Positions 39,664 through 54,340 of a DNA stretch of 64,000 nucleotides are shown one piece after another. Position 1 is the stretch's first letter. Every line of letters starts with the position of its first letter. The notes under the pieces were generated by a model. That model was not told the origin of the DNA and ran no database searches. It saw nothing but the letters and a program-made list of their open reading frames with translations. The DNA is from the human T2T-CHM13v2.0 reference genome, Homo sapiens. The translations under genes were made by a program, and so were the position numbers. Where the stretch lies: assembly GCF_009914755.1 (NCBI RefSeq), contig NC_060945.1, one strand, 5' to 3'.

Positions 39664-42600
39664 GGGAGAGACTTCTGCTTCCAAAATGGCAGCATAGAAG
39701 CAACCTGGCTTCACTTTCTACAACAGAAAACCAAAAACAAATATATAGTGCTGAAATTATCACCAGCAGTATCCCACAACTCAAATATGATAAGGCAACA
39801 GTGCCTGGACCAACAGAGACATGAAAAAACTTTGAGTAGATGGTAAGAGAATTAGACTTTCATCTCCACAACACCTTTCTTCCCAATCTGCCCAGCACTA
39901 AGTGCACAGAAAGCTTCTTCCTGACTCATGGTTTTTACATTTGAAAAAGGGAGATTAAGGTGGACAACTAGCTTCCCCACCAACTTGGGTTCCTTGGCAG
40001 GAGACCTGTCCCTGCTTCAAACCAAAGAAAGCATGGCAAGTGCCTGAAGGGTGAAATATGCCTGAGGACAGACAGAGACAAAGGTGGAAGGTGGGACTAT
40101 CATTCCCAGCTCTGAAAGCTCTGCTCTATAACTCAGCCAATGGAGAGACATTAAAAAAAATTCATTAACCAGGAACAAGTGGGCTTTATCCCAGGGATGC
40201 CAAGGATGGCTCAACAAACACAGAACCAAAAATAAAACCACATGATCATTTCAACAGGTTCTGAAAAAGCATTTGATAAAATTCAACATCTTATGGCAAA
40301 AATCCTAACAAAACTGAGTATAGAAGGAACATACTACAAAATGATAAAGGTCATATATGACAGACCCACAGCTAACAACATACTTAACTGAAAAAAATTG
40401 AAAGGCTTTACTCTAAAATCTGGAGCAAGATAAAGATGCCCACTTTCACCACTTTTATTCAAAATAATACTGGAAGTCCTAGCCAGAACAATTAGGCAGG
40501 AGGAAGAAATAAAGGGCATTTGAATTGGAAAGAAAAAGTCATATTAGCCTTGTTTGTAGATGACATGATCTTACATTTAGGAAAACCTAAAGACTCTACC
40601 AAATAGTTGTTAGAACTGATAAATGAATTCAGTAAAATTGCAAGATACAAAATTAACATAAAAAATCAGCAGCATTTATACATGCCAATAGTGAGTAATC
40701 TAAAGAAAAATCAAGAAAGAAATCCAACTTTAAACAGCTACAAGGAATATAGAATGTTAGGAATCAACTTAACCAAAGAAATGAAAGATAACAAGCAAAA
40801 CTGTAAAACACTGATGAAATAAATTTAAGAAGACATACAAAAATGAAAAGATATTCTGTACTTATGAATTAGAAATATTAATATTATTAAAATGATAACA
40901 CTACCCAAGAAAATTTACAGATTCAATGCAATGCCTATCAAAATACCAATGACATTCTTCACAGACGTAGAAAAAGCAATCCTAAAATTTATATGGAACC
41001 ACAAAGACTATGAATAGGCAAAGCAATCCTGAGCAATAACAACAAAAAAGCAAAACTGAAGACATTACACCACTGGACACCAAAAAATACTACAAATCTG
41101 TAGTAACTAAATCAGCATGGTATTGGCATAAAAGCAGACACACAGAACAATGAAACAGAAGAGAGAATCCAGATATTAATCCATGCATTTCCAGCCACCT
41201 CATCTTCAACAAAGACACCAAAAACATGCAATGAGGAAAGGACAGTCTCTTTAATGAATGGTGCTGGGAAAACTGGATAACCATACGTAGAAAAACAAAG
41301 GTAGACCTCTATCTCTCACTATATACAAAAATAAACTCAAAAATTAACTAAAGATTTAACTCTAGGCCTTGAAACTTTGAAATTACTAGAAGAAAACATT
41401 GCGGAAACACTCCAAGACATTGGTCTAGGCAAAATTTTTTGTGTAAGCATAGGCAACCAAAGCAAAAAAAGACAAACTTTTTATCTATTTATGTAAAACT
41501 GAAAAGCTTCTGCACAGCTAAGGAAGCAATCAACAAAGGGACAACCTGCAGTATCAGAGATATTATTTGCAAACTATCCATCTGACAAGGGATTAATAAC
41601 CAGAATATATGTGGAGTTCAAACAACTCAGTAGCAAAAATAATGATAATAATAATTACCCACTTGAAAAATGGGGGAAATATCTGAATAGATATTTCTCA
41701 AAAGATGACACACAAGTGGTCAACAGATATATGGAAATATGCTCAACATCAATAACTATATCAGAGAAATGCAAATCAAAACCAAAATGAGATATCACCT
41801 TACCCTAGTTAAAATGCTTTTATTAAAAAGAAGGAATAACAGATGCTGGCAAGGATGTGGAGGAAGGAGAACTCTAATACACTATTGGTAGGAATGTAAA
41901 TTAGTACAGCCGCTATGAAAATTCCTGTGGCGGTTTCTTAAAAAGCTTAAAATAGAGCTCCATATGATCTAGCAATTCCACTCATGAGCATAAAAGAAAG
42001 GAAGTCAATATATTGAAGAGATATCTGCACTTTCATGTTAATTACAGCACTATTCACAATAGTCAAAATATGAAATCAACTTGTGTCCATCAGTGAATAA
42101 ATGGATAAAGAACTGTAGTATATATAAGCAATGGAATATTTTTCAGCCACAAAAAATAAAATCCTGTCATTTGCAGCAACATGGATGGAACCAGAGGTCA
42201 TTATGTTAAGTGAAAAAAGCCAGGCACAGAAAGAAAAATATCATGTTTTCACTCATGTGTGGGAGCTAAAAAGTGAAGCTAGATATTAGATTGGTGGTTA
42301 TCAGAAGCTGTGAAGGGTAGCGAAAAGGGGCTAATAAAAATAAGTTGATTAATGAGTACAAATATACAGCTTGATACAAGAAATATAACCTAGTGTTAGA
42401 TCAGTAGACTGACTACAGTTTACAATAATGTTGTATATTTCAAAACTGCTAAAAAAGAATAATTTGGATGTTTCTAGCATAGAAAAAAGACAAATATTTA
42501 ACGTTATAGATATCTCAATTACACTGATTTGATCTTCACAAAGTATATGAATGTATTCAATTATCACATGTATCCTGAAAAATATGTGGATCAACCGAAA
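39664..42600 (+). mobile_element. L1MA5A-like element: 5' UTR fused directly to the 3' part of ORF2 and the 3' UTR
   Basis: 5' end gacttctgcttccaaaatggc; at ~40149 jumps to attaaaaaaa...caagtgggctttatcccagggatgc (ORF2 [10 protein letters not shown]); 3' UTR aacctagtgttagatcagtag...gtttctagcatag...aattacactgatttgatctt. Confidence 0.85.
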
Positions 42601-42620
42601 AATATTTTATATATTTTTTA

Positions 42621-43010
42621 GGGCTCAGTCTTAAGCCTTATTATGGTCTCCGCCTACACTCTCTCCCTGAATGATCTCATCTACCCCCTTAGCATTATTA
42701 CATCTACCAAATGTATATATCCAGCCCTGAACTTTCTTCTGGATACAGACTCATGTATCCATCTCCCTATTTGATGTCTCCACCTTGAGGTACCACAAGC
42801 ACGTAAAATGTGACATGTCCAAAACTGACTCTTGATGTTTCTCTTTTCCTAAGTCTTTTCCTTTTTAATGTTTTTCTTACCATTAATAACAGCTACGATT
42901 TCCTCTAAGTTGCTTAAGTCAAGAAAATGGAAAACATTTTTGATTACTACCTTTCTCTCTTTTCCGGGAGTCAATCCATCTTAAGCCGTCTAATGCTATC
43001 ATTGTTTTCT
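42621..43010 (+). mobile_element. L2 fragment
   Basis: gggctcagtctt...tacactctctccctgaatgatctcatct...ccagccctgaactttc...cagactcatgtatcca...atgtccaaaactga. Confidence 0.8.
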
Positions 43011-43881
43011 GTATGCCATTGCTTGTTACTAAGAAAGTCTCTCTGTCACCTTTACAAAATGAAGGAATTTAGATTCGTATAATCCAAGGGCTGTAATTGT
43101 ATTGTCTTTGTGTATTTCCTGATGCCATTTTCTTTTGGAAGTATTATTAAAATGTTATAAATCATAGGAATTTCATTTCCATATACTCTAAGGATATTTA
43201 ATTAAAACAGGCAGATTTATTATCAAAAAGTAGAAAGATTTGTCAATAGTCAAAGGAAGAGAACTGGGTTAGGTATGGCTTATAGAAAAATGAGCCTTTC
43301 TTTGATGTTAGCATTTGTTTAAAGGAACCTGAAAGCATAATGGCGTAAGAAGGTAAAAGGAAAGGGAATGATCTGCTTAATTGTACAAAGCTTCATGAGC
43401 TTCTTTTATTACTATTATTATTATACTACTCAAGAAACCTATAAAGTGTATAGATCTTTCCCTCTTGTAACTAAAAAAAGAAGAAAAAAAGTACATTTTA
43501 GTGATAAACTCCTTACCCCATTTTTTTTTTTAGCTTAATGCATTCTAAGTGTCCACAGCTTAATGCTAGGAAAAATAAAATATTTTGGAGGGAAAGGATG
43601 ACATATAAGTCTCCTAGCTTGACCAAAAGTCTGATAAGATTATTTCATTGTACAAATGTTAAATATTTATTGAAAAAAACCTAATTGGTATACTTTTGTC
43701 TTTCTCAGAAGGAGACTAATATACTATGTTGTCTAGTTTATTTCATTTAAAAAAGATAAGTTAATTTTTTTTTTGCTTTGAATGTGTTGTTACTTAAAGA
43801 AAAAAAGTTCTTCTCTGCACTTTAAGAAAAATCGAACTATGATGATAAAGTTTGATTGCTAAGCATGAAATAATTTTTTGA

Positions 43882-44202
<321 letters not shown>

Positions 44203-44257
44203 TCATTTGGCTATAACTCTTTTAATAGTCATTAAATGAGCTAATGGAAGCTTCTTT

Positions 44258-47200
44258 GAGGAACCCAGGCAGCCCAGACAAGTGGGCTTCACACAGCAGC
44301 ACACCCTCTTCACCAAGGGACAGCCAAAGTGCTTTGTTAAATGGGTTCTGGTTCCCATGACCCCCAACTGAGTGAGATCCCCCAACAGGGGTAACCAGAT
44401 ACCCTATACAGGAGCCTTCTTACTGGTATCAGGTTGGTGCCTCTCGAGGTCGGAGATCCCAGAGGAAGGAGCAGGGTGTTTTGCTGTTCTCCAGCATGCT
44501 TGGGTGACATATCCAGGTGCAGAAGCAACCCAGATGAATAGGGCCTAAAGTGAACCCCCAGCAAACCACAGAAGCCCTACAGAAGAGGAACCTGACAAGT
44601 GAAAGAAAAATAAGCAAACAGAAAGCAACAACAGCATCAATAAAAAAAGTCCCCATAAAAACCTCATCCAAGGGTCAGCGGCTTCAGAAATCAAAACTAG
44701 ACAAACTCATGAAGAAGAGAAAGAATTGATGAATAAATGCTGAAAACCCAAATGGCCAGAGTGCCTTTTCTCCTCCAAATGACAGAAACACGTCTCCAGC
44801 AAGGGCACAGAGCTGGATGGAGGATAAGATGGATGAATTGACAGAAGTAGACTTCAGAAGGTGGGTAGTAACAAACTTCGCTGAGGTAAAGGTGCATGTT
44901 CTAACCCAATGCAAAGAAACTAAGAACCATGATACAAGGTTAAAGGAGCTGCTAACTAGAATAACCAGTTTAGAGAAGAACATAAATGACCTGATGGAGC
45001 TGAAAAACACACTACGAGAACTTTGTGAAACATATACAAGTATCAGTAGCTGAATCGATCAAACGAAAGAAAGAATATCAGAGCTTCAAGACTATCTTGC
45101 TGAGATAAGGCTGGCAGACAAGATTAGAGAAAAGGGAATGAAAAGGAACCAACAAAACCTCTGAGAATTATGGGACTATGTAAAAAGACTGAACCTATGA
45201 CTGATTAGAGTACCTGAAAGAGACAGGGAGAATGGAACCAAGTTGGAAAACACACTTCAGGATATCTTCCAGGAGAACTTCCCCAACCTAGAAAGACAGG
45301 ACAACATTCAAATTCAGGAAATACAGAGAACTCCAGTAAAATACTCCATGAGAGGATCAGTCCCAACACACATAATCATCTGATTGTCCAAGGTCGAAAT
45401 GAAAAAAAAAAAAAAATGTTAAGGGCAGCCAGAGAGAAAGGCCAGGTCACTTACAAAGGGAAGCCCATCAAACTAACAGTGGATCTCTCGGCAGGAACCC
45501 TACAAGCCAGAAGAGAGTGGGGGCCAATATGAAACATTCTTAAAGAAAAGAGTTTTCAACCCAGAATTTCATATCTGGCCAAACTAAGCTTCATAAGCAA
45601 AGGAGAAATAAAATCCTTTTCAGACAAGCAAATGCCGAGGGAATTCATCACCACCAGGCCTGCCTTGCAAGAGCCCCTGAAGGAAGCACTCAATGTGAAA
45701 AGGAAAAACCAGTTCCAGCAACTGCAAAAACAAATCAAAATACAAAGATACTATGAAGAAACTGCATCAACTAGTGCTCAAAATAACCAGCTAGCATCAT
45801 GATGACAGGATCAAATTCACACATAACCTAAATGTAAATGGGCTAGATGTCCCAATTAAAAGATGCAGACTGGAAAATTTGATAAAGAGTCAAGACCCAT
45901 CAGTGTGCTATATTCAGAAGACCCATCTCACTTGTAAAGACACACACAGGCTCAAAATAAAGAGATGGAGGAATATTTACCAAGCGAATGGAAAGTTAAA
46001 AAAAAAAAAAAGGCAGGGGTTACAATCCTAGTCTCTGATAAAATAGACCTTAAACCAACAAAGATCAAAAAAGACAAAGAAGTGCATTACATAAGGTAAA
46101 GGGATCAATTCAACGAGAAGAGCTAACTATTGTAAATATATATGGACCCAATACAGGAACATCCAGATTCATTTAAAAAACAAAAAGTTATTTGAGACCT
46201 GCAAAGAGACTTAGACACGCACACATTAATAGTGGGAGACTTCAACACCCCACTGTCAATATGAAACAGATCAATGAGACAGAAAATTAACAAGGATATT
46301 CAGGACTTGAGCTCAGCTCTGGATCAAGTGTACCTGATAGATATCTACAGAACACTCTACTCCAAAACAGCACAATACACATTCTTCTCAGTGCCACATA
46401 GCACTTATTCTAAAATTGATCACATAATTGGAAGTAAAACACTCCTCAGCAAATGCAAAAGAACTGAAATCATAACAAACAATCTCTCAGACCACAGTGC
46501 AATCAAATCAGAGCTCAAAATTAATAAATTGACTCCAAACCACACAACTACATCAAAACTGAACAATCTGCTCCTGAATGAATACTGGGTAAATAATGAA
46601 ATTCAGGAAGAAATCAAGAAGTTCTTTGAAACCAATGAGAACAAAGACACAATGTACCAGAATCTCTGGGATACAGCTAAAGCAGTGTTAAGAGAGAAAT
46701 TTAAGGCACTAAATGCTCACATCAGAAAGCTATAAAGATCTCAAATTGACACTTTAACATCACAACTAAAAATACTAGAGAACCAAGAGCAAACAAATCC
46801 AAAAGCTAGCGGAAGAGAAGAAATAACTGAGATTGGAGTGGAACTGAAGGAGATAGAGACACAAAAAACCCTTAAAAAATCAGTGAATCTAGGAGCTGTT
46901 TTTTTGAAAAAATTAATAAAATTGATAGACTGCTAGCTAGACTAATAAAGAAGAAAAGAGAGAAGAGTCAAATAGACACAATAAAAATGAGGAAGGGGAT
47001 ATCAGCACTGATCCCACTGAAATACAAACAAACATTAAAGAATAAACACCTCTATGCAAATAAACTAGAAAATCTAGAAGAAATGGATACATTCCTGAAC
47101 ACACACACCCTCCCAAGACTAAACCAGGAATAAGTCAAATCCCTGAATAGAAAAATAACAAGTTCTGAAATTGAGGCAGAAATTAATAGCCTACCAACCA

Positions 47201-49810
47201 AAAAAAAATCCCAGGACCAGACGGATTCACAGCCAAATTCTACCAGAGGTAAAAAGAGGAGCTGGTACCATTCCTTCTGAAACTATTCAAAACAGTTGAA
47301 AAGAAGGGACTACTCCCTAACTCATTTTATGAGGTGAGCATTATCCTGATACCAAAACGTGGCAGAGACACAACATAAAAGAAAACTTCAAGCCAATATC
47401 GCTGATGAACATCAATGTGAAAATCCTCCATAAAATACTGGCAAACCAAATTCAGCAGCACATCAAAAAGCTTATCCACCACGATCAAGTCGGTTTCATT
47501 CCTGGGATGCAAGGCTGGTTCAACATATGCAAATCAATAAACATAATTCATCACAGAAACAGAACCAATAACAGAAACCACATGATTATGTCAATAGATG
47601 CAGAAAAGGCCTTCCATAAAATTCAACATTGCTTCATGTTAAAAACTCTCAATAAACTAGGTATTGATGGAACATATCTCAAAATAATAAGAGCCAATAT
47701 TATACTGAATAAGCAAAAGCTGGAAGCATTCCCTTTAAAAACCAGCACAAGACAAGGATGCCCTCTCTCACCACTCCTATTCAACATAGTGTTGGAAGTT
47801 CTGGCTAGAACAATCGGTCAAGAGAAATAAATAATGGGTATTCAAATAGGAGAGGAAATCAAAATGTCTCTGCAGACACATGATCCTATATCTAGAAAAC
47901 CTCATCATCGTCTCAGTCCAAAAGCTCCTTAATCTGACAGGCAACTTCAGCAAAGTCTGAGGATACAAAATCAATGTGCAAAAATCACAAGCATTCGTAT
48001 ACATCAATAATAGAGAGCCAAATCATGAGTGAACTCCCATTCACAATTGCTACAAAGAGAATAAAATACATAGGAATACAGCTAACAAGGCACATGAAGG
48101 ACCTCTTCAAGAAGAACTACAAACCACTGCTCAAGGAAATAAAATGGGATGCAAACAAATGGAAAAAAATTCCATCCTTATGGATAGGAGGAATCAATAT
48201 TGTGAAAATGGCCATACTGCCCAAAGTAATTTATAGATTCATTGCTATTCCCATCAAACTACCATTGACATTCTTCACAGAATTAGAAAAAAAATACTTT
48301 GAAATTCATGTGGAATCAAAAAAGAGCCTGTATAGCCAAGACAATCCCAAGCAAAAAGAACAAAGCAGGAGGCATCACACTACCTGACTTCAAACTATGC
48401 TTAAGCTGACAGGCAACAGTAACCAAAACAGAATGGAACCGATACCCAAACAGACATATAGACCAGTGAAACAGAATAGAGACCTCAGAAATAAGACCAC
48501 ACATCTACAACCCTTGGATCTTTGACAAACCTGGGAAAAACATGCAATGGGGAGAGGATTCCCTATTTAATAAATGGTGCTGGGAAAAATGGCTAGCCAT
48601 ATGCAGAAAACTTAAACTGGACCCCTTCCTTACACCTTATACAAAAATTAACTCAAGATGGATTAAAAACTTAAATGTAAAACCAAAACCATAAAAACCC
48701 TAGAACAAAATCTAGGCAAAACCATTCAGGACAAAGGCATGGGCAAAGATTTTATGATGAAATCACCAGAAGCAATTGCAACGAAAGCTAAAATTGACAA
48801 ATGGGATCTAATTAAACCAAAGAGCTTCTGCACAGCAAAAGAAACTATCATCAGAGCAAACAGGAAACCTAGAGAATGGGAGAAAAATTTTGCAATCTAC
48901 CCATCTGAGAAAGGTCTAATATCCAGAATTTACAAGGAACCTAAATAAATTTACAAGAAAAAAACAACAACCCTATCAAAAAGTGGGCAAAGGGCATGAA
49001 CAGAAACTTCTCAAAAGAAGATATTTATATGTCCAAAAAACATATGAAAAAAAGCTCAACATCACTGATCCTTGGAGAAATGCAAATCAAAACCACAATG
49101 AGATACCATCTCACGCCAGTCAGAATGAGTAAAAAGTCAAAAAATGACAGATGCTGGCAAGAGATAGGAGAAATAGGAACACTTTTACACTGTTGGTGGG
49201 AATGTAAATTAGTTCAACCATTGTGGAAGACAGTATGGTGATTCCTTAAGGATCTAGAACCAGAAATACCATTTGACCCAGCAATACCATTACTGGGAAT
49301 ATGCCCAAAGGAATATAAATCATTCTATTATAAATAAACATCTATGTTTATTGTGGCACTATTCACAATAGCAAAGACAAGGATCCAACCCAAATGCACA
49401 TCAATGATAGACCGGATAAAGAAAATGTGTTACATATATGCCATTGAATACCATGCAGCCATAAGTAGGAATGAGATCATATCCTTTGCAGGGGCATGGA
49501 TTACGTTTGAATCCATCATCCTCAGCAAACTAACACAGGAACAGAAAACCAAACACTGCATATTCTCACTCATAAGTGGGAGCTGAACAATGAGAACACA
49601 TGGACACAGGGAGGGGAACATCACACACAGGGGCCTGTCAGAGGGGAAAGGGGAGAGAGAGCATCAGGACAAATAGCTAATGCATGCAGGGCTTAATACC
49701 TAGGTGACGGATTGATAGGTGCAGCAAACTACCATGGCACATGTTTACCTGTGTAACAAACCTGCACATTCTGCACATGTATCCTGGAACTTAAAATAAA
49801 ATAAAATAAA
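44258..49810 (+). mobile_element. Near full-length L1PA8-like LINE-1 (5' UTR truncated; ORF1 and ORF2 disrupted)
   Basis: ORF1 remnant (44817..45053), ORF2 remnants EN to RT to C-terminus (46274..49586 ending LISGS*), 3' UTR gagcatcaggacaaatagctaatgcatgc, (AAAAT)n tail, near-TSD aagcttcttt / aatcttcttt. Confidence 0.93.
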
Positions 49811-49906
49811 ATCTTCTTTAAAATATTTAATATTTGATAAATGAATACAGAAGAATTATAAGTATCTCATTTGTGTAACATTTACTTTAATCAAAGTAAA
49901 TCTTTC

Positions 49907-50104
49907 TTTTTTTTTAACGTTCTTTTCCATGGAATACTATGCAGCCATAAAAAATGATGAGTTCATGTCCTTTGTAGGGACATGGATGAAATTGGAAATC
50001 ATCATTCTCAGTAAACTATCGCAAGAACAAAAAACCAAACACCGCATATTCTCACTCATAGGTGGGAATTGAACAATGAGAACACATGGACACAGGAAGG
50101 GGAA
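49907..50104 (-). mobile_element. Young L1PA2/3-like twin-primed micro-insertion (minus-strand tail plus inverted 3' segment)
   Basis: 15-bp TSD CAAAGTAAATCTTTC (49892-49906 / 50105-50119); T9, short linker, then near-perfect L1 ccatggaatactatgcagcc...ggacacaggaaggggaa. Confidence 0.9.
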
Positions 50105-50201
50105 CAAAGTAAATCTTTCAATGAATTAAGTTGCTTTCGAATTTTGGCTTAAAGAAATTATGCATCTTTTCTTTCACCTTATTGCCATGAAGAACATAAT
50201 A

Positions 50202-52430
50202 TATGTTAGTTTCTGATGAGTCAGAAACCACTCTAACAGTTAGTAGTTTTCAAACAACAATAATTTATTATTTCATATGATTCTTCTTCTGGGCTGTTTC
50301 AGCTGAAGCTGGATGGTCTAGGATGGCTTCAGGCAGTTGACTCAATGTCACCTTGAGTGATGGAGGTGATTTGGCTATAATCATCCAGGAGGCTAGCCAG
50401 GGCTTGTTCACATGATGGCAATTGCAGAATTCCAAGTGCAGAAAATGAGGGCAAGCTCCAATATGCAAGTCTTTTAAAGCCTCTGCTTGTATCATATTTG
50501 TTCATGTCTCATTGACCAAAGTAATTCACATGACCAAGCCTAGAAAGAACAGGTAGATTCACGAAATAGACCAACCGTTGATGGAAGGAACTACAAAATC
50601 AGGTTGTAAAATGATATGTATAAAGAGATGGAACATTTGTAGCAATTTTTAAAATCTACTGCAGACTGTTTTCAGCCACAAATTATATTCTCCTAAATGA
50701 AAAATATGCTTACTTCCAGAATTTCAGTAGTCTCATTCAATTATGTCATCTGGTTCAAAGTCCAGGTTCTTATAATTTGTTTCTAATATAGGTATAAATA
50801 TGACCCATTGGATGCAGCTGCTCTTCATCCAGAGACTTATAAACTAAAAATGTAAGTTACCAGTGGTCAACCAACCTAATATACAAGGGTGAGATGGGAG
50901 CAGAGTAATTGTAATAGATACTTCTGATCAGAAAAATGAGGAATGGGAGGCATAGAGCAGCCATTGGTCTAACAAATTCTGAAATCCATCCAGGCACATG
51001 TTAAAAGGATCCCCTGCTCTAAGTCTGTGTAAGCTCCTTGATTGAGTTCTATTTCGGCTCCTTGAGAGTGATTTGTCTGTCTGTTTTTCTCTGGATCTCT
51101 TGCCTCCACCTCTAGGATTTTCATCCTTCGAACTAGAAACGGCCATGATTCTCAGTCTGATTTCTGCCCCCAAAATGTTGGAAGCCTAGAAAACTTTCTT
51201 TTTGTAATTGATTTTAGTCCAAGCTGGCAGTGATTTGTTAGTATAATGGTCTTTAAAAACTCATGGATTGCCTATGGATCTGATTTACATCTATTGTATG
51301 TAATTTCTAAAATTCTCCACTTCCAAAATTCACATCTAAATCATTTCAAAACAGGCCTTCCTCCACTTTAGATGTGGTAGGCTGCTATGAAAAAAAAAAT
51401 GCCCTTAGAATTATTAGGAGACAATTTATCTTGCTGAGGACTCTTCTGTCCACCTTAGAACTTTTAGAGGTTTTTTAAAAATGAATCTTGTAACCAGCCA
51501 CATCTTTGTCTGTCTTTATACTAGGCCATTTCCTACTTTGTGAATTTTAACCAACGTGGGAGACAATTTATTTTTTGACCCAGCAATTCCTGGCTTCTTT
51601 TTATTTCTTCTAAAATCTGCTTGTAAACAAAACTGTTCATTTTTAAACTTATTCTGTCTGTTTCCATATTATTATATGCAGCTAACAGGGGCCAGTTGAC
51701 ACACTCAGCATCTATCATCAAATCTTTTTAGAGGCACAAGTTCATTAGGTACATTTTCTATCTTCCAAGTTTCTGCAGATGAAAGCTTTGCCAAATATTC
51801 CACTATAGCACAACTTTGTCTGCCACTGTCTCAACCTTCACTAACAGTTTCTTCACTGTTTTTTCAGCCTCCATCCAAAGCCAATACTATGTATTTTAGT
51901 ATTTTATTAGATGTTTTAGGTTTTGTTATAGCAACACCCCACACCGGGTACTAGTTTTTATATCAGTTAACTTCTGTTGTGTTAAACAACAATTTGCTTT
52001 AGACAGTAAATATTTATTTTTATGCTTCAGCGGTTCACCTGGCTGGTTCTTGGTTCTTCTCTGAGCCAGATTCATTGGTGCTGGGTTTTCAGATAGCCTC
52101 ATTCATGTATCGGGCAGTAGGCTTGCTGTAAGTTGGATAGTGGCAATGACTTTGCCAACTGTTTCTTCATCCAGCAGGTTTATTTGGACTCATTCAGTGA
52201 TTACAACGTTCTCAAGATCAGAGAGAGAAGTCTCATTTTGGTTTTTAGCCACTGCTTATGTCACTTTTGATATGTCCCTTTGCCCAAAGCAAGTCACATG
52301 GCCAAGCCCAGATTCAAGAAACAGTGAAAAGGTTTCCACCTTCTGATGAATGGAGCTGCAAAGTAACATTACAAAGGGAAGGATGCATAAAAAGGCAGAA
52401 GAATGTCCAGCCATTTTTGCAGTCTATCAC
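50202..52430 (-). mobile_element. MLT1G/H-like MaLR with two LTRs and internal region
   Basis: LTR-like blocks at ~50202-50663 and ~51960-52430 share ctgctt.tgtca...ccaaag.aa.tcacatg.ccaagcc.aga...tgatg...ga.ct.caaa; internal MLT-int ending caccccacaccgggtactagtt. Confidence 0.8.
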
Positions 52431-54340
52431 AGCAAGCATATTTTATGTAAGACCTGAGTATAATTTTTTATTGCTAATCTAATCATTAGAGTTTGCTAAA
52501 TTTCCTATGCTATGTTTATGGGAAAGATTATTATTGTTTCCATAAATTATGTAAGGCTATGAGAATATAAACGTATGTGTTTAACTGAATGGAATTATAA
52601 ATATTAATACCCTTTAAAAGAACTTGTGAAGTGGAACCTATGTTGCAAATCCTGTGAACTTAATCACTAATACTCCGCCTACTCTATCTTAGTGAAATTA
52701 TAAAAGGTTATCTCTCTGAGAAACAGTTTATATCCATTTTGATTGTGTTGTTCTGTAGGGGCAATTTAAATGCAATTTCCAAGATTATTAATTGACTTTA
52801 AGACTTTGGGCTAGTATTAAATTAAGTTAATGAACAAGTAATCCCTCTAATTAAAGTAAAAATTTCAGCAAGTTATGTGCATCATCTTATGCTGGTAAGT
52901 TAATATTTTCAAGCTAAAGTTGAAAGCTTTAATTTAGTATCTGATCATACATTTTTATAAGGTTATGTAAACATATCCAAATTACTAGACAAATAAAGCT
53001 TGGTATGATAAAGAGTAGAGGATTAATAATTTAAAATTGGTCTGGAAGTATTTAGCCATTTCATAAAAAAGGCTAATGGATTATTCTGTGTAATCAGCCC
53101 AGATTGCAGAGTTTTCTTAACCCATCAGAATTCTCTCTCCTGCAATCCTGTTGTTTTCATCCTACTTATAAATTATTTGATAATAAACAATAAAATGTTT
53201 CACTTCTGAAATAAGTAGTTTTATGTTACCTTCTTCTATTATTTAATATACCATCACTCTAATAGAACTCAAGACTACAATAATTTACCCATGACTTATT
53301 CTCATATTTTGATATAGTGATCAGTGTCCTCTCACCAATCTTTTTGATATTGCGTTTCCCAAACTCAAGCATGAAATTTAAAATAATAAAACTGTTTAGA
53401 TATATTTGACATCCTTACTCTTTTGTGCAATATTTGCTCATTTTCCTTCTAACGAGGAGTGACTAGAAATAATTAGATAGGTTTGGTATTTTCTATTGTT
53501 TATTAGATCACCACAATTGTGAAAGAGAGCCATTCTATTTGTCAAACCAACAGTATAGGAAGAGCTGTCAAATCAAAAAGAGAAGCTCAACTTCCATAGG
53601 TCAATTATGTACAAGTAAGATACTGTTAATAAGAACTTATTTCCAGTCATTCGGTTTCAGGATAGACTGAAGTGTTCTCACGTTCATGTGCAAAGCCTGG
53701 CATGATATTGCTAGAACAAATCGATTCTTTAAAATGTTGTCTTTAGGTTTTTAATACCCTTCTCAGCTGGCTGCACATGTAACACATATTCTACTGAATG
53801 GCTCGAAAGCTCTGGAGGTTTTTCAGTGTCCCTAGTGTTCACATTATGTTCTTATATACAGGGTAAACTTTAACTGGATCCTTTCTAAAAAATGATAGAT
53901 TATGCCTCAACAGGAAATTTTAATCTCCTCTGTTCTTATATTTTTGGTGACTATTATAAAATTTACAGTGAGCATTCAGTCATGTCATATAAAACATGTT
54001 CCCCTCAACCACAACATTGCCCTTAAAGCTCATGCTATATAAGCTATAGGAAAGAAATTACATCTTTTGGGGGAAACTTCTAAGGAATGATAATCTCAGT
54101 AAGGACTATATCAGCTACTGTAGGCTCTTGGTAGTTAAAGGAGTAGATTAATGCTTACAAGAGTCCCGGTGTAAGCTGCCATTACCACCTGCCAGACTAT
54201 GCCAGAGGACTAAATCAGAATTTCCAAAACACCATGGTCCAGGAGTGGATGGCTTCCTGCATGCTTATTGATGCCTTTGGTTCTGAAGGGATAAAAATTA
54301 ATTATGCGAGACTAAATGAAACTGATAACAAGATTTCAGT

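Noticed and set aside
44684-49624. Multiple 60-153 aa ORFs
   Set aside because: Fragments and antisense frames of a disrupted L1PA8-like ORF1/ORF2, not host genes.
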